From: an uncultured bacterium
GTDB taxonomy: Bacteria; Patescibacteriota; Minisyncoccia; Phycocordibacterales; Zambryskibacteraceae
Direction: 5' to 3'
Assembly (NCBI GenBank): GCA_963789635.1
Contig: CAWBLF010000003.1
Coordinates: 204,364 to 268,363 of the forward strand
Length of the DNA stretch: 64,000 nt
The position numbers and the translations under genes were made by a program. Positions 54,635 through 64,000 of this stretch are shown one piece after another. Every line of letters begins with the position of its first letter. Within the stretch, counting starts at the first letter, position 1. Below the pieces are notes generated by a model. That model saw only the letters and a program-made list of their open reading frames with translations. It did no database searches and was not told the origin of the DNA.

Positions 54635-55717
54635 ATGAACAAAAATATGGATTACAAACCGGAGTTATTTAATCTTAATGACAAGAAAGAGTTTGAATTA
54701 TTTGAAAAGTTCAAAAAAGTTCACAAAGACTTGGTCTATGTCGATACTCTTGGTGAGCAAAAACACGAATTGATGTTGGTGCGAGATCCATCAATTATTT
54801 CTCATAATTCTCTTGACCCTAGAAACACTGTAGATGTCGCTGACAACGAAGGCGTTTGGGTGTATTTTCCTTGGAAAAGTACCGTAGTGCGAGTATTAAC
54901 GGAATCGGAATACGAAGAGCTAAGGCTTTCCAGAAATAAAAATTTAATAACTTCCGATGAACAAGAAAAACTTTCAAAATCACGCATTGCTATTGCTGGT
55001 CTAAACGTAGGTAATCCCGGGGCAATCTGCATAACTCTTGAAGGGATTTCAAATAAAATAAAATTATCAGATTTTGATCCGTTATCAGTATCAAATTTAA
55101 ATAGATTTCGTGCCGGGCTTCCTGAGCTTGGAATTAATAAAGCGCATATTTCGGCCAGGCAGATGTACGAAATAAATCCGTATGCTGAAATTGAAGTGTA
55201 CAGCGACGGAATTACTCCAGATAATACTGAGGCATTTTTGAATGAACCGAGAATTGATCTTTTGGTTGAAGAAATTGATAATTTGAAGTTAAAGATATCG
55301 ATGCGTGAAAAAGCGCGTGAATTAAAAATACCAGTCGTTATGGTAACAGGGAACGGAGAAAATGTGCTTGTGGACGTTGAACGTTATGACCTCGAGCCAG
55401 AATTACCCATACTTGCCGGTTATTTGGACAAGACTGTCATTGAGCGAATATCCAATATTAAACCCAAAGAGGGAACATACAAGGAACGTATTGATTTGGC
55501 GCGAGATTTCATGGGGACAAATTACCTGGATAAAAGACTTGTATCTTCATTTGATGAAGTGGGCACCACTCTTGCTGGTATTCCTCAATTAGCTGAGTCC
55601 TCTTTTTTAAGAGGTGCTGCTATAGCGCACTTTGCAAAAAAAATATTACTTAAAGAAGCTGTGCCGTCTGGTAGGTATTCGATTTTGATTTCTGGAAACA
55701 TATTTAAAAATGATTAA
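54635..55717 (+). CDS. ThiF/E1-like adenylyltransferase-family protein (Rv1355c N-terminal-like)
   Basis: Rossmann-like IAIAGLNVGNPGAICITLEG, LSDFDPLSVSNLNR, LLVEEIDN resemble the ThiF/MoeB/HesA family. Confidence 0.55.
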   Translation: MNKNMDYKPELFNLNDKKEFELFEKFKKVHKDLVYVDTLGEQKHELMLVRDPSIISHNSLDPRNTVDVADNEGVWVYFPWKSTVVRVLTESEYEELRLSRNKNLITSDEQEKLSKSRIAIAGLNVGNPGAICITLEGISNKIKLSDFDPLSVSNLNRFRAGLPELGINKAHISARQMYEINPYAEIEVYSDGITPDNTEAFLNEPRIDLLVEEIDNLKLKISMREKARELKIPVVMVTGNGENVLVDVERYDLEPELPILAGYLDKTVIERISNIKPKEGTYKERIDLARDFMGTNYLDKRLVSSFDEVGTTLAGIPQLAESSFLRGAAIAHFAKKILLKEAVPSGRYSILISGNIFKND

Positions 55718-56750
55718 AGAAATAAAACCAAAACACAATAAATATTATTCAAAACATCATAAAGTTTTCTATTTTGAAGATAAAAAGGTAAACCTTAGAG
55801 GTTACATTGCATTGCATAAACTAGTAAACGGTTCTGCAACGGGTGGAACGAGACTATACGATTATAAAAGCAGTAAAGATGCTCTTACGGATGTTTTGAA
55901 ACTTTCAAAAGCTATGACTTACAAATGTGTCATTTCAGGAATACCGTTTGGGGGAGGAAAAGCGGTAATCATACGGACTATAAAATTGAAATCAAAAGAT
56001 TTTTTGAAATCATATGCAAAAATTATTGATTCGTTAAATGGCAAGTATACAACTGGGACCGATGTAGGTATTTCCGATGAGGATACAAAATATATGTCCA
56101 CAATTACGCCATATATATTGAGGGGGTCTGGTGGTCATACGACGACATCTTTGATGGCAGCAAAGGGAGTATACGAAGGGATTATTTCATCTATTCATTT
56201 ACTTTTGCCAAAGAAGGAAAATAAATCTATATCTATAGCAATCAAAGGGACTGGAAAAATTGGTTCAGAACTTATACGACTCTTATACAAGCACAATTTT
56301 CAAATATATGCCGGAGAAAAAAATAGCAAAAGTTTAATGGAAATTAAAAAACGTTTTCCAAAAGTAAAAATAGTTAATTACAAAAACATTCACAAGATAA
56401 AAGTGGATATATATTCACCTTGCGCAATGGGAGGTGAGTTTGATAAAAAGACTATAGAGGAATTGAATTGTTACATTATAGCGGGTGGAGCCAATAATCA
56501 GTTTGTAAATGAAGAAGATGAGGCAATAGTTTTTAAAAGAAATATTTGGTATATACCAGACTATTTATTGAATGCAGGAGGTTTGATACAGATTGTTGAT
56601 GAACTTAATAAAGGGGGGTACAATACAAAGCGAGTAAGAAATAATATAAAAAATATTGGGACTACAACCTCACGTTTGATCAAGGAGTCAAGAAGAACAG
56701 GAATTTCTATGCTTAATATTGCGAATAAAATAGTCCATGAAAAAATATAA
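55710..56750 (+). CDS. Glu/Leu/Phe/Val-type amino-acid dehydrogenase
   Basis: GGTRLY..., KAMTYKCVISGIPFGGGKAVI (catalytic-Lys region), GTGKIG NAD(P) fold; overlaps upstream by 8 nt. Confidence 0.7.
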   Translation: MIKEIKPKHNKYYSKHHKVFYFEDKKVNLRGYIALHKLVNGSATGGTRLYDYKSSKDALTDVLKLSKAMTYKCVISGIPFGGGKAVIIRTIKLKSKDFLKSYAKIIDSLNGKYTTGTDVGISDEDTKYMSTITPYILRGSGGHTTTSLMAAKGVYEGIISSIHLLLPKKENKSISIAIKGTGKIGSELIRLLYKHNFQIYAGEKNSKSLMEIKKRFPKVKIVNYKNIHKIKVDIYSPCAMGGEFDKKTIEELNCYIIAGGANNQFVNEEDEAIVFKRNIWYIPDYLLNAGGLIQIVDELNKGGYNTKRVRNNIKNIGTTTSRLIKESRRTGISMLNIANKIVHEKI

Positions 56751-58182
56751 TGGCAATAACGATCTTGCTCCAAACGCCAATGCCTTTGGAGTTTTTGAAA
56801 GGGCGTCAAAAAGCGTACCGGCTTACAAAAAATTTTTAAATGAATATGGAGTAGATTATAAAAAAATTTTGAGAACAAAAGATTTTGACGGTATTCCAAT
56901 TGTTACAAAAGATAATTATCTCAAAGCATTCAGACCGATAGATTTGGTCAAGGATAGAATATTTCCACCTATGGTGTCGGCAAGCTCGGGGTCTTCGGGT
57001 ACACCATATTATTGGCCAAGAGGAGATGAACAAGAAAGGTTTGGAGAACAAGTGCACAGAATTATTCTTGAACAAATATTTAAGTTACAAAAAAAACGAA
57101 CTTTGGCTATCATTTGTTTTTCAATGGGCAATTGGATTGCAGGAACATACACCCTTACTTCGCTTCGTGAAGTGGAACGCACTAACAAGCAATTTCGATT
57201 AACCACAATTACTCCTGGCATCGACAAAGATGATGCTATATCAACGCTGAGAGATCTCGCCCCAATGTTTGATTCTGTAATATTGCTTGGTTATCCTCCA
57301 TTTATTATGGATGTTGTTATAAGCGCAAAAGAATATGGAGTTGATCTCAAAAAATTGGATTTGTACTATATTTTAGCCGGAGAAAATTTTTCAGAAAAAT
57401 GGAGATCCATGCTTCTAAAAGTTTCTGGCACGCCACAAGAAAATAATCGTGTTGTTTCAATTTATGGAACTGCCGATGCCGGCTCCTTGGGGCATGAAAA
57501 CCCTTTTACTGTCGCACTACGCAAGCTTTCTTTGGAACACAAAGAGTTTAGAAAGGAGTTATTTGGTGATATGACTTTTATACCCACTGTCGTTGGATAC
57601 TATCCCGATCAAACTTTTTTTGAGCTAGTGAACGGAGAACTTGTTTTTACGACTGAATCCGGAATACCGCTTATTCGTTACAACATAAAAGACCACGGCT
57701 TATTGATGACGCATAAATATGTCATTTCTTTGCTCAAAAAGCATAATTTATATAAAAGTTTGCCAAAAGAAGTGAAAAAATGGAAAAATCCTCTAGTTAT
57801 CTTAAAAGGGAGAAATGATGTTTCTGTAACTTTTTATGCTTTGAATATTTACCCCGAAAATCTTAAAGCAGGGCTTGAAGACGACGCTGTGTTAACTTTT
57901 GCAACAGGAAAATACATTGCCCGTACCGAACAATCAAATAATTTTAGAGACCAAATCTTTTATGTTGATGTTGAACTTAAGCAAGGGATTAAGCCAACAG
58001 AAAAAATAAGGGAGATTATTTCCTCATCAATTTTTGAGCATTTGATTGAACTAAATTCTGAATACAGAAAATTGTATAATTCAATTCACGAAAAAGCGTT
58101 ACCAAATGTAAGATTGATAAATCATGGTCACGAACAATTTGTCATCAAGAAAGCCAAACATCGTTGGGTTAATAAAAATTAA
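56737..58182 (+). CDS. adenylate-forming enzyme (phenylacetate-CoA ligase / F390 synthetase-like)
   Basis: SASSGSSGTPYYWPR (AMP-binding core motif variant), YGTADAG; overlaps upstream by 14 nt. Confidence 0.55.
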   Translation: MKKYNGNNDLAPNANAFGVFERASKSVPAYKKFLNEYGVDYKKILRTKDFDGIPIVTKDNYLKAFRPIDLVKDRIFPPMVSASSGSSGTPYYWPRGDEQERFGEQVHRIILEQIFKLQKKRTLAIICFSMGNWIAGTYTLTSLREVERTNKQFRLTTITPGIDKDDAISTLRDLAPMFDSVILLGYPPFIMDVVISAKEYGVDLKKLDLYYILAGENFSEKWRSMLLKVSGTPQENNRVVSIYGTADAGSLGHENPFTVALRKLSLEHKEFRKELFGDMTFIPTVVGYYPDQTFFELVNGELVFTTESGIPLIRYNIKDHGLLMTHKYVISLLKKHNLYKSLPKEVKKWKNPLVILKGRNDVSVTFYALNIYPENLKAGLEDDAVLTFATGKYIARTEQSNNFRDQIFYVDVELKQGIKPTEKIREIISSSIFEHLIELNSEYRKLYNSIHEKALPNVRLINHGHEQFVIKKAKHRWVNKN

Positions 58183-58190
58183 AATTAGTA

Positions 58191-59774
58191 ATGGATATCG
58201 GTTTTACTTTCACTTTAATAGTAAGTTTTGCAATCCTATTTATAGGTGTTTTAACAACCTATCATGACAAAAAGAGTGTAACAAATAAATTATTCGCCTA
58301 TATTAGTTTGGTAACCGTAGCGTGGTCTTTTGCAAATTATTTTTCTCTCGAACCAATTTTGTTTTCACAGATTGTTTGGGTTAGGTTGGTTATCTTTTTG
58401 GCAGTTCCACACGTAATTCTTTTTTATCTATTTGTCAGAAATTTTCCTAAAATAAATTTCAGCATACCAAAATACGAGTTTGCTACTTTAAGTGTGCTGG
58501 GTATTTGCATGATGGCTCTCAGTATGACGCCATATGTTTTTTCCGGTCTGAGAATCGTTGGTGGAAACGCAATTCCAGTGCCCGGATTGCTAATAATGGT
58601 GTTTGGTATTTTTGTCATCGCCATGCTTATCAGTGGTGTATTTTTAATAATCAAAAAATATGGCAAGGCAGATCGCAAGGATAAAACTAGTTGGCGAGCA
58701 ATGTTGGTTGGGTTTGTTTTAAGTTATACCCTTCTAATCATCACAAATTTTGTTTTGGTCAATACCAATGGTGATACTGGTTTTATAGTTTACGCACCTC
58801 TATTTATGCTGCCGTCTATTATGGGCACGGCGTATTCTATTATTAGATATAGACTTCTCAATGTAAAAACTATTACGACTGAGATTATAATATTTGTTCT
58901 TTTGACTGTAACGCTAGTCCAAATTACCTTATCTCAAACAACAGCTCAATTTATTTTCAACTCGGTACTGTTTTGTGTCTTTATGATTATTGGGATCTTT
59001 CTTATTAGAAGTGTCATAAAAGAAGTTGAACTTAGAGAATCATTGCAAATTGCAAATACAAAACTACGAGAACTTGATGAACTAAAATCACAATTTTTGT
59101 CATTTGCCAGCCACCAGCTTCGTTCGCCACTGACTGCCATACAAGGTTACACATCTATGCTTCTTGAAGGTGATTTTGGCGAAATGTCCGAGCCGGTTAG
59201 GAACTCTGTCAAAACTGTCGACCAGTCATCAAAAAGTCTAATCACGATAGTCAACGAGTTTCTCGATGTGTCGCGAATTGAGCAGGGAAGAATGAAATAT
59301 GATGTTTCAGATTTTGATATCAAAAAGCTTGCGGAAGAGGTCTTTACTGAGTTGAAACCAAATGCGGAAAAGAAGGGTTTGAAGTTTGAATTTTTGGCTG
59401 ATAACGATGCCGGTTGTATTGTCAATGCGGATCAAGGAAAAATAAAACAAGTAATTGGCAACATCATCGATAATTCAATCAAATATACGGAGACCGGCGG
59501 AATAAAAGTGCAATTGGAACATAAGGATAAAAAAGTTCAAATCAAAGTTTCGGACAGCGGAATTGGTATTGAACCTTCAGAAATTCCGAAACTTTTTTCT
59601 ATGTTCACTCGCGCGGCGGATGCGCATAAAACAAATGTTAGTGGTACGGGGCTCGGGCTTTATGTGGCCAAACAGATGGTGGAGGCCCAAAAGGGAAGAG
59701 TTTGGGTTGAATCTCCTGGCAAAGGAAAAGGATCCACTTTCTATATTGAACTCCCGTTAAAAACCAATAACTAA
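58191..59774 (+). CDS. membrane sensor histidine kinase
   Basis: About 7 N-terminal TM helices; H-box FASHQLRSPL; N box DNSIKYT; G boxes DSGIGI, GTGLGL. Confidence 0.85.
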   Translation: MDIGFTFTLIVSFAILFIGVLTTYHDKKSVTNKLFAYISLVTVAWSFANYFSLEPILFSQIVWVRLVIFLAVPHVILFYLFVRNFPKINFSIPKYEFATLSVLGICMMALSMTPYVFSGLRIVGGNAIPVPGLLIMVFGIFVIAMLISGVFLIIKKYGKADRKDKTSWRAMLVGFVLSYTLLIITNFVLVNTNGDTGFIVYAPLFMLPSIMGTAYSIIRYRLLNVKTITTEIIIFVLLTVTLVQITLSQTTAQFIFNSVLFCVFMIIGIFLIRSVIKEVELRESLQIANTKLRELDELKSQFLSFASHQLRSPLTAIQGYTSMLLEGDFGEMSEPVRNSVKTVDQSSKSLITIVNEFLDVSRIEQGRMKYDVSDFDIKKLAEEVFTELKPNAEKKGLKFEFLADNDAGCIVNADQGKIKQVIGNIIDNSIKYTETGGIKVQLEHKDKKVQIKVSDSGIGIEPSEIPKLFSMFTRAADAHKTNVSGTGLGLYVAKQMVEAQKGRVWVESPGKGKGSTFYIELPLKTNN

Positions 59775-59841
59775 CATATTCTTATCCCCACTTTAAGGAT
59801 ACTCATATTCTCGAGATTACAAGAATTGTTATAATGATGAG

Positions 59842-60132
59842 GTGAAAAAAGGCGAACCGAAAAATTCAAGACAGATGGAAAGACATCTAAAAGGTGTTGC
59901 TAATCATTATCGCATTGATATTTTGCTTTTATTGAAAAGTAAAGGAGTGCTAACCCTAGACGACATTGCTGATAACCTGAACGCAAACATAAAAACGGTA
60001 TCGGGGCATACTGTTAAATTGGTTCATTCAGGTTTATTAAATAAAAAATACGCAGGAAATTCGGTTGAACATTCTTTGTCGCCTTACGGTAAAATTTTTG
60101 TTGATTTCCTGCAAACATTCTCTAATTCTTGA
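59842..60132 (+). CDS. ArsR/SmtB-like winged-helix regulator
   Basis: 96 aa, GTG start; RIDILLLLKSKGVLTLDDIADNLNANIKTVSGH. Confidence 0.55.
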   Translation: MKKGEPKNSRQMERHLKGVANHYRIDILLLLKSKGVLTLDDIADNLNANIKTVSGHTVKLVHSGLLNKKYAGNSVEHSLSPYGKIFVDFLQTFSNS

Positions 60133-60209
60133 GAAAACAAGAATGATTGAATATATTTAAGGCTGAACGATACTTTGAAATAAACCACAAAATTGGTATT
60201 ATCTTGCAT

Positions 60210-61193
60210 ATGACAAACGAGGAGAAAATAATGCTTTCCGGGGTCCAACCGACAGGCAAACCGCATATCGCCAACTATTTCGGCGCAATGAAGCAGTTTG
60301 TTGATTTGCAGAATGAATACAAAAGTTATGTATTTATTGCTGACCTTCACGCTTTGACCAGTATTCAGAATCCCAAGGAAATGAGCAGTAACATTTTGAG
60401 TGTGGCCACTGATTATCTGGCAATTGGTTTGGACCCAAAGAAGACCACGATATACAAACAATCGGATGCACCACAAGTGGCCGAGTTGGCTTGGGTTTTT
60501 GAGTGTATTACCACAATGCCGTATCTTATGCGTGCCCACGCATTCAAGGACGCTTCGGCCAAGAACAGGGAAATCAATGTGGGAGTATACAACTATCCTA
60601 TGTTGATGGCTGCCGATATTCTCATACACGACCCCGATATTGTACCGGTTGGTCTGGACCAAAAGCAACATGTAGAAATTGCTCGGGACACGGCAGAAAA
60701 GTTTAATCGCATTTTCGGAGAAACTTTCAAGGTGCCAAAACCTCTGATAATGGAAAATGTTCAAACTATAGTTGGCACAGACGGACGAAAAATGAGTAAA
60801 AGCTACAAAAATACGATTGAGCTTTTTGCTTCGGACGAAGAAATAAAAAAAGCTGTAATGTCCATTGCCACAGATTCAAAGGGAGTAGATGAGGCAAAGG
60901 ATACAGAAAAAGATAATGTCTTCGCACTTCACAAATTATTCACCGAAGGACCAGAATTTGAAGAGCTCAAAGACCGATACGAATCAGGAGGCATTGGTTA
61001 CAAAGAATCAAAAGAAATTTTGATTAAAAATATTATCAAGTATGTGTCACCACTTCGCGATAAAAGAAAGAAGTTTGAGGATAATCCGGGTTTGGTCAAA
61101 GAAATTTTGACTGAAGGTGGTAAAAAAGCCAGAATTGAGGCCGAAGAAAAAATGGAAGAAATACGAGAAAAGGTTGGTACAAAATTGTCATGA
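60210..61193 (+). CDS. trpS: tryptophanyl-tRNA synthetase
   Basis: SGVQPTGKPHIANYFG, KMSKS; start at 60210 or 60231 (track start 60147 unlikely). Confidence 0.9.
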   Translation: MTNEEKIMLSGVQPTGKPHIANYFGAMKQFVDLQNEYKSYVFIADLHALTSIQNPKEMSSNILSVATDYLAIGLDPKKTTIYKQSDAPQVAELAWVFECITTMPYLMRAHAFKDASAKNREINVGVYNYPMLMAADILIHDPDIVPVGLDQKQHVEIARDTAEKFNRIFGETFKVPKPLIMENVQTIVGTDGRKMSKSYKNTIELFASDEEIKKAVMSIATDSKGVDEAKDTEKDNVFALHKLFTEGPEFEELKDRYESGGIGYKESKEILIKNIIKYVSPLRDKRKKFEDNPGLVKEILTEGGKKARIEAEEKMEEIREKVGTKLS

Positions 61194-62539
61194 AAAGAAC
61201 ACTAATAAAAGATCTCAACGAACATATTGGTAAAGAGGTAACCATTTCTGGATGGGTAAATATAAGACGCGACCAGGGTAAAATGGTCTTTTTTGATATG
61301 CGTGATATGTCAGGTTCCGTCCAGTGTGTTGCGTTACCAAGTCGTGTCCAGGTTATTGAAGTTGCAAAAGAATTTAGGTCAGAATGGGTTCTCAAGATTC
61401 AAGGTCTGGTAAATAAAAGACCGGAAAAAAATATCAGTGAAGGAATTCAAAACGGAAATATTGAAATTGAAGCCGTAAATATTGAAGTCCTTGCAAAATC
61501 TGAACCATTACCATTTGACATCTCACTCAACGGTTACAACCTAGATATTACTACAGAGCTAGACAATCGGGCACTCGTACTAAGACAGCCCAAAATCCAA
61601 GCAATTTTTAAAGTTCAAGAAACAATCATTGATTCCTTCAGAGAATTTATGAAACAGAATAGTTTCTTTGAATTTCAAGCTCCAGCAATTACACCAGCTA
61701 CCGCTGAGGGGGGGGCGGAAGTTTTTCAAATTGACTATTTTGGCAAAAAAGCTTTTTTGACCCAATCACCTCAGCTTTACAAACAAATCGTGATGTCGGC
61801 TTTTGAACGTTGTTTTTCCGTAAACAAAGTATTTCGGGCAGAGCCCTCTTCGACCACAAGACACCTTACAGAAGTGGTTTCGCTGGACGCTGAAATGGGT
61901 TTTATTGATTCATGGACCGACGTTCGCGATATGGCCGAAGAAACCGTGAGACATATGCTCAAGCAAGTTGAAACAAAAAACAGTGAACATCTAAAAATTC
62001 TGGCGCGACAGATCTCCTGTAATGATTGAAAAAACACCGAACACTCTCGCTTCGCGAGGTTCAACAAAAAATATTTGAGACATACGGGAGAGATGTTCGA
62101 GGAGAAAAGGATACCAATCCTCAAGACGAAAGGGAGATTTGTGAAATAGTAAAAAAGGAAACTGGTTCGGATTTTGTATTTATTTATGGTTACCCATCAC
62201 GCAAGAAACCTTTTTATGTTTATCCAAACCCAAAAGAACCAGAGTTTAATGAAGGTATGGATCTTATTTGTCGCGGGGTGGAGTGGCTTTCAGGAGGTAG
62301 AAGGGTTAATGATTATAATCAACTTCTGGAGCAAGTGAAGACTTGGAATATGGATCCAAATAAAATTACCATGTTTCTTCAAGCCTTTAAATATGGTGTG
62401 CCTCCTGAAGGCGGTTTTGCGCTTGGGGCTGAGCGAATAACCATGCAAATTTTGGAGTTGAAAAATATTCGTGAGGCTTCGAATATTTCCACGTGATATG
62501 AATCGGATTGATGAGAGGTTAAATAGTGATGGATTTTAG
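61190..62539 (+). pseudogene. aspS: aspartyl-tRNA synthetase (archaeal/type-2-like) with several frame disruptions
   Basis: OB-fold N-terminus, FRAEPS motif 2, GGFALGAERI motif 3. Frame changes occur around 62005-62040. The conserved end IFPRDMNRI is in frame +1 from about 62482. Confidence 0.8.
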
Positions 62540-62541
62540 TA

Positions 62542-63316
62542 ATGGATGAAATTGATTTTTAAATCAAAACTGAGACGTTTGAAGGGCCACTTGAGCTTCT
62601 GCTTTCTCTTATAGAAAAACGCAAACTGTTTATCAATGACATTTCACTGGCCCAAGTAGCAGATGATTATATAGAACACATTCACAAACAAACGGAGTTT
62701 CCGATGGGGATGACCGCGCATTTTATTCTCATTGCATCCACACTTCTTCTTATAAAATCAAAATGTCTTTTGCCATCGCTCGATTTGACCGAGGATGAGG
62801 AAGGAAGCATTGAGGATTTGGAAGGTAGGCTTAAAGATGTATCAAAAAGTACGGGATGTTTCAAAACAGTTGGAAAAGATTTTTGGAAAAGAAATAATTT
62901 TTTCAAAAAACAGAGAGAAAAACATTACCCCGGTATTTTCTCCAACCGATCAGTTGCAAACACTCAATATTCTTGAATCTATGAAAAGGGTGATTAACTC
63001 ATTACCCAAGATCGAATTTCTCCCGAAAGTGGTCGTCAAAAAAATTGTAAGTTTGGAAGAAATGATTGACCGTCTGACTGAAAGAGTAAAATCAAATCTC
63101 AAAATGAATTTTAGTGAGTTCGCCAAGACGCAAGGAGAAGCAAAATCAAAAGGAGCAAGTCACAAAGCCAATAAAGCCGATAAAGTGGCTATTATTGTGA
63201 GTTTCTTGGCTATGCTTGAATTAGTAAAGCAAGGACTCATAAACGTTCATCAAGAAAATTTTTCCGAGGATATCTCTATGGAAACTCAAAATTTTGAGGT
63301 TCCAAATTATCACTAA
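62542..63316 (+). pseudogene. scpA: segregation/condensation protein ScpA with an in-frame TAA and a +1 frameshift
   Basis: MDEIDF-TAA(62560-62562)-IKTETFEGPLELLLSLIEKRK...; frame changes at about 62836 (..EDLEGRLK / MYQKVRDVSKQLE..). Confidence 0.8.
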
Positions 63317-63338
63317 ATTTGTTAGAGTTCAAAGCACT

Positions 63339-63895
63339 ATGGAAATTTCAGATGACAAAAAAATTGAAGCGATTCTATTTTTTCGCGGTGAAGTGACCTC
63401 GATTGACGATTTGGTCAGATACACGGGAAAGTCAAAAAGCGAGGTGGAATCGGCTATCAAAACTCTAAGTGAGAAGCTTACCGATAGGGGACTATGCTTG
63501 GTACAGGCTCGGCGGGGTGTTATGCTTGGGACCGCGCCGGATTTGAGCCCTGTTATTGAGCAAATTGCAAAAGATGAGCTTTCTAGGGATATTGGCCGGG
63601 CAGGGCTTGAAACGCTTGCTATAGTGCTATATAAAGGCTTTGCGAGCAAGCGTGAGATAGACTACATCCGTGGGGTGAATTCGGGCTTTATTTTGAGAAA
63701 TCTTCTGTAATCAGGGGGTTAATCAACAGGGAAGAAAGAGAGGGAGAAAGAGGGTGCATATACACACCAACTATCGACCTTTTGTCGCATATGGGGATTT
63801 CAAAAACCTCTATGTACCCGAATTTGAGTCCATGGAAAACGAACTTAAAAATTTTTTGAAAAAGTCAGCCGATGAACCGACCGAAAACCAATGAT
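63339..63895 (+). pseudogene. scpB: segregation/condensation protein ScpB with two -1 frameshifts
   Basis: KKIEAILFF...IDYIRGVNSGFILRNLL, then VIRGLINREE...IYTPTIDLLSHMGIS in frame -1 (from about 63707), then LYVPEFESMENELKNFL in a further -1 frame (A5 run 63802-63806). Confidence 0.75.
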
Positions 63896-64000
63896 ACCGC
63901 TTCAAAGTGAAATCAAAACACAATTGATAATAGACGATTGATAAACTTGGCGTTGATGCTTGTTTTAGTGTTGTCTCTGTTTGCTTTGGTTTCTTTGTCT

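Noticed and set aside
60084-60764. 226-aa minus-strand ORF opposite trpS, and the plus-strand alternative-frame ORFs at 60400-60706
   Set aside because: The TrpRS frame carries the HIGH-like and KMSKS motifs throughout. The others are frame shadows.
63891-64000. New gene at the window end (short ATG ORF at 63892, hydrophobic TTG/ATG ORF from about 63940)
   Set aside because: It is too short and truncated by the window edge to support. It could be the signal or TM start of the next gene.

Overview
This is a 64-kb, low-GC, gene-dense window with nearly all genes on the + strand.

**Core content.** It carries mreB-mreC-mreD-mrdA, mraZ-rsmH-ftsL-ftsI-murF, many aaRS genes, infA-rpmJ-rpsM-rpsK-rpsD-rpoA-rplQ-rplM-rpsI and grpE-dnaK-dnaJ. 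It also has a short AlaRS without a C-Ala domain, a sigma-region-4/HARE-HTH protein and a large TraD/VirD4-like ATPase. This fits a Patescibacteria/CPR (Parcubacteria-like) chromosome, but that placement is inference only.

**Accessory blocks.**
- (i) 12.7-22.4 kb. This block starts at a tRNA-Glu(CUC) that ends the dcw cluster after murF.
  - It holds a family of short perfect palindromes and a duplicated consensus-promoter cassette driving two GC-rich orphan ORFs.
  - It also holds transporter and acetyltransferase genes.
  - It ends with a tightly coupled MazG / DUF2075-S24 / SRA-like-HNH / PD-(D/E)xK operon, which I consider the best candidate for an undescribed defence system.
- (ii) 36.3-39.8 kb: an ATP-cone-nuclease / Cas4-like nuclease / M3 peptidase trio.
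- (iii) 53.7-58.2 kb: a nitroreductase / ThiF-E1 / amino-acid dehydrogenase / adenylate-forming enzyme operon.

**Other notable points.** LeuRS carries an apparently complete Nudix domain inserted in its CP1 region. An unusual number of conserved genes carry frame disruptions: leuS, rpsD (compensated), rpoA (two), rplQ (55-bp insertion), aspS, scpA, scpB, a GNAT and an MGMT-like gene. These may be sequencing or assembly error, or real decay, and must be checked against reads. I recognised no rRNA, CRISPR array, transposase or integrase.

All functional calls come from motif recognition by eye; no searches were run.
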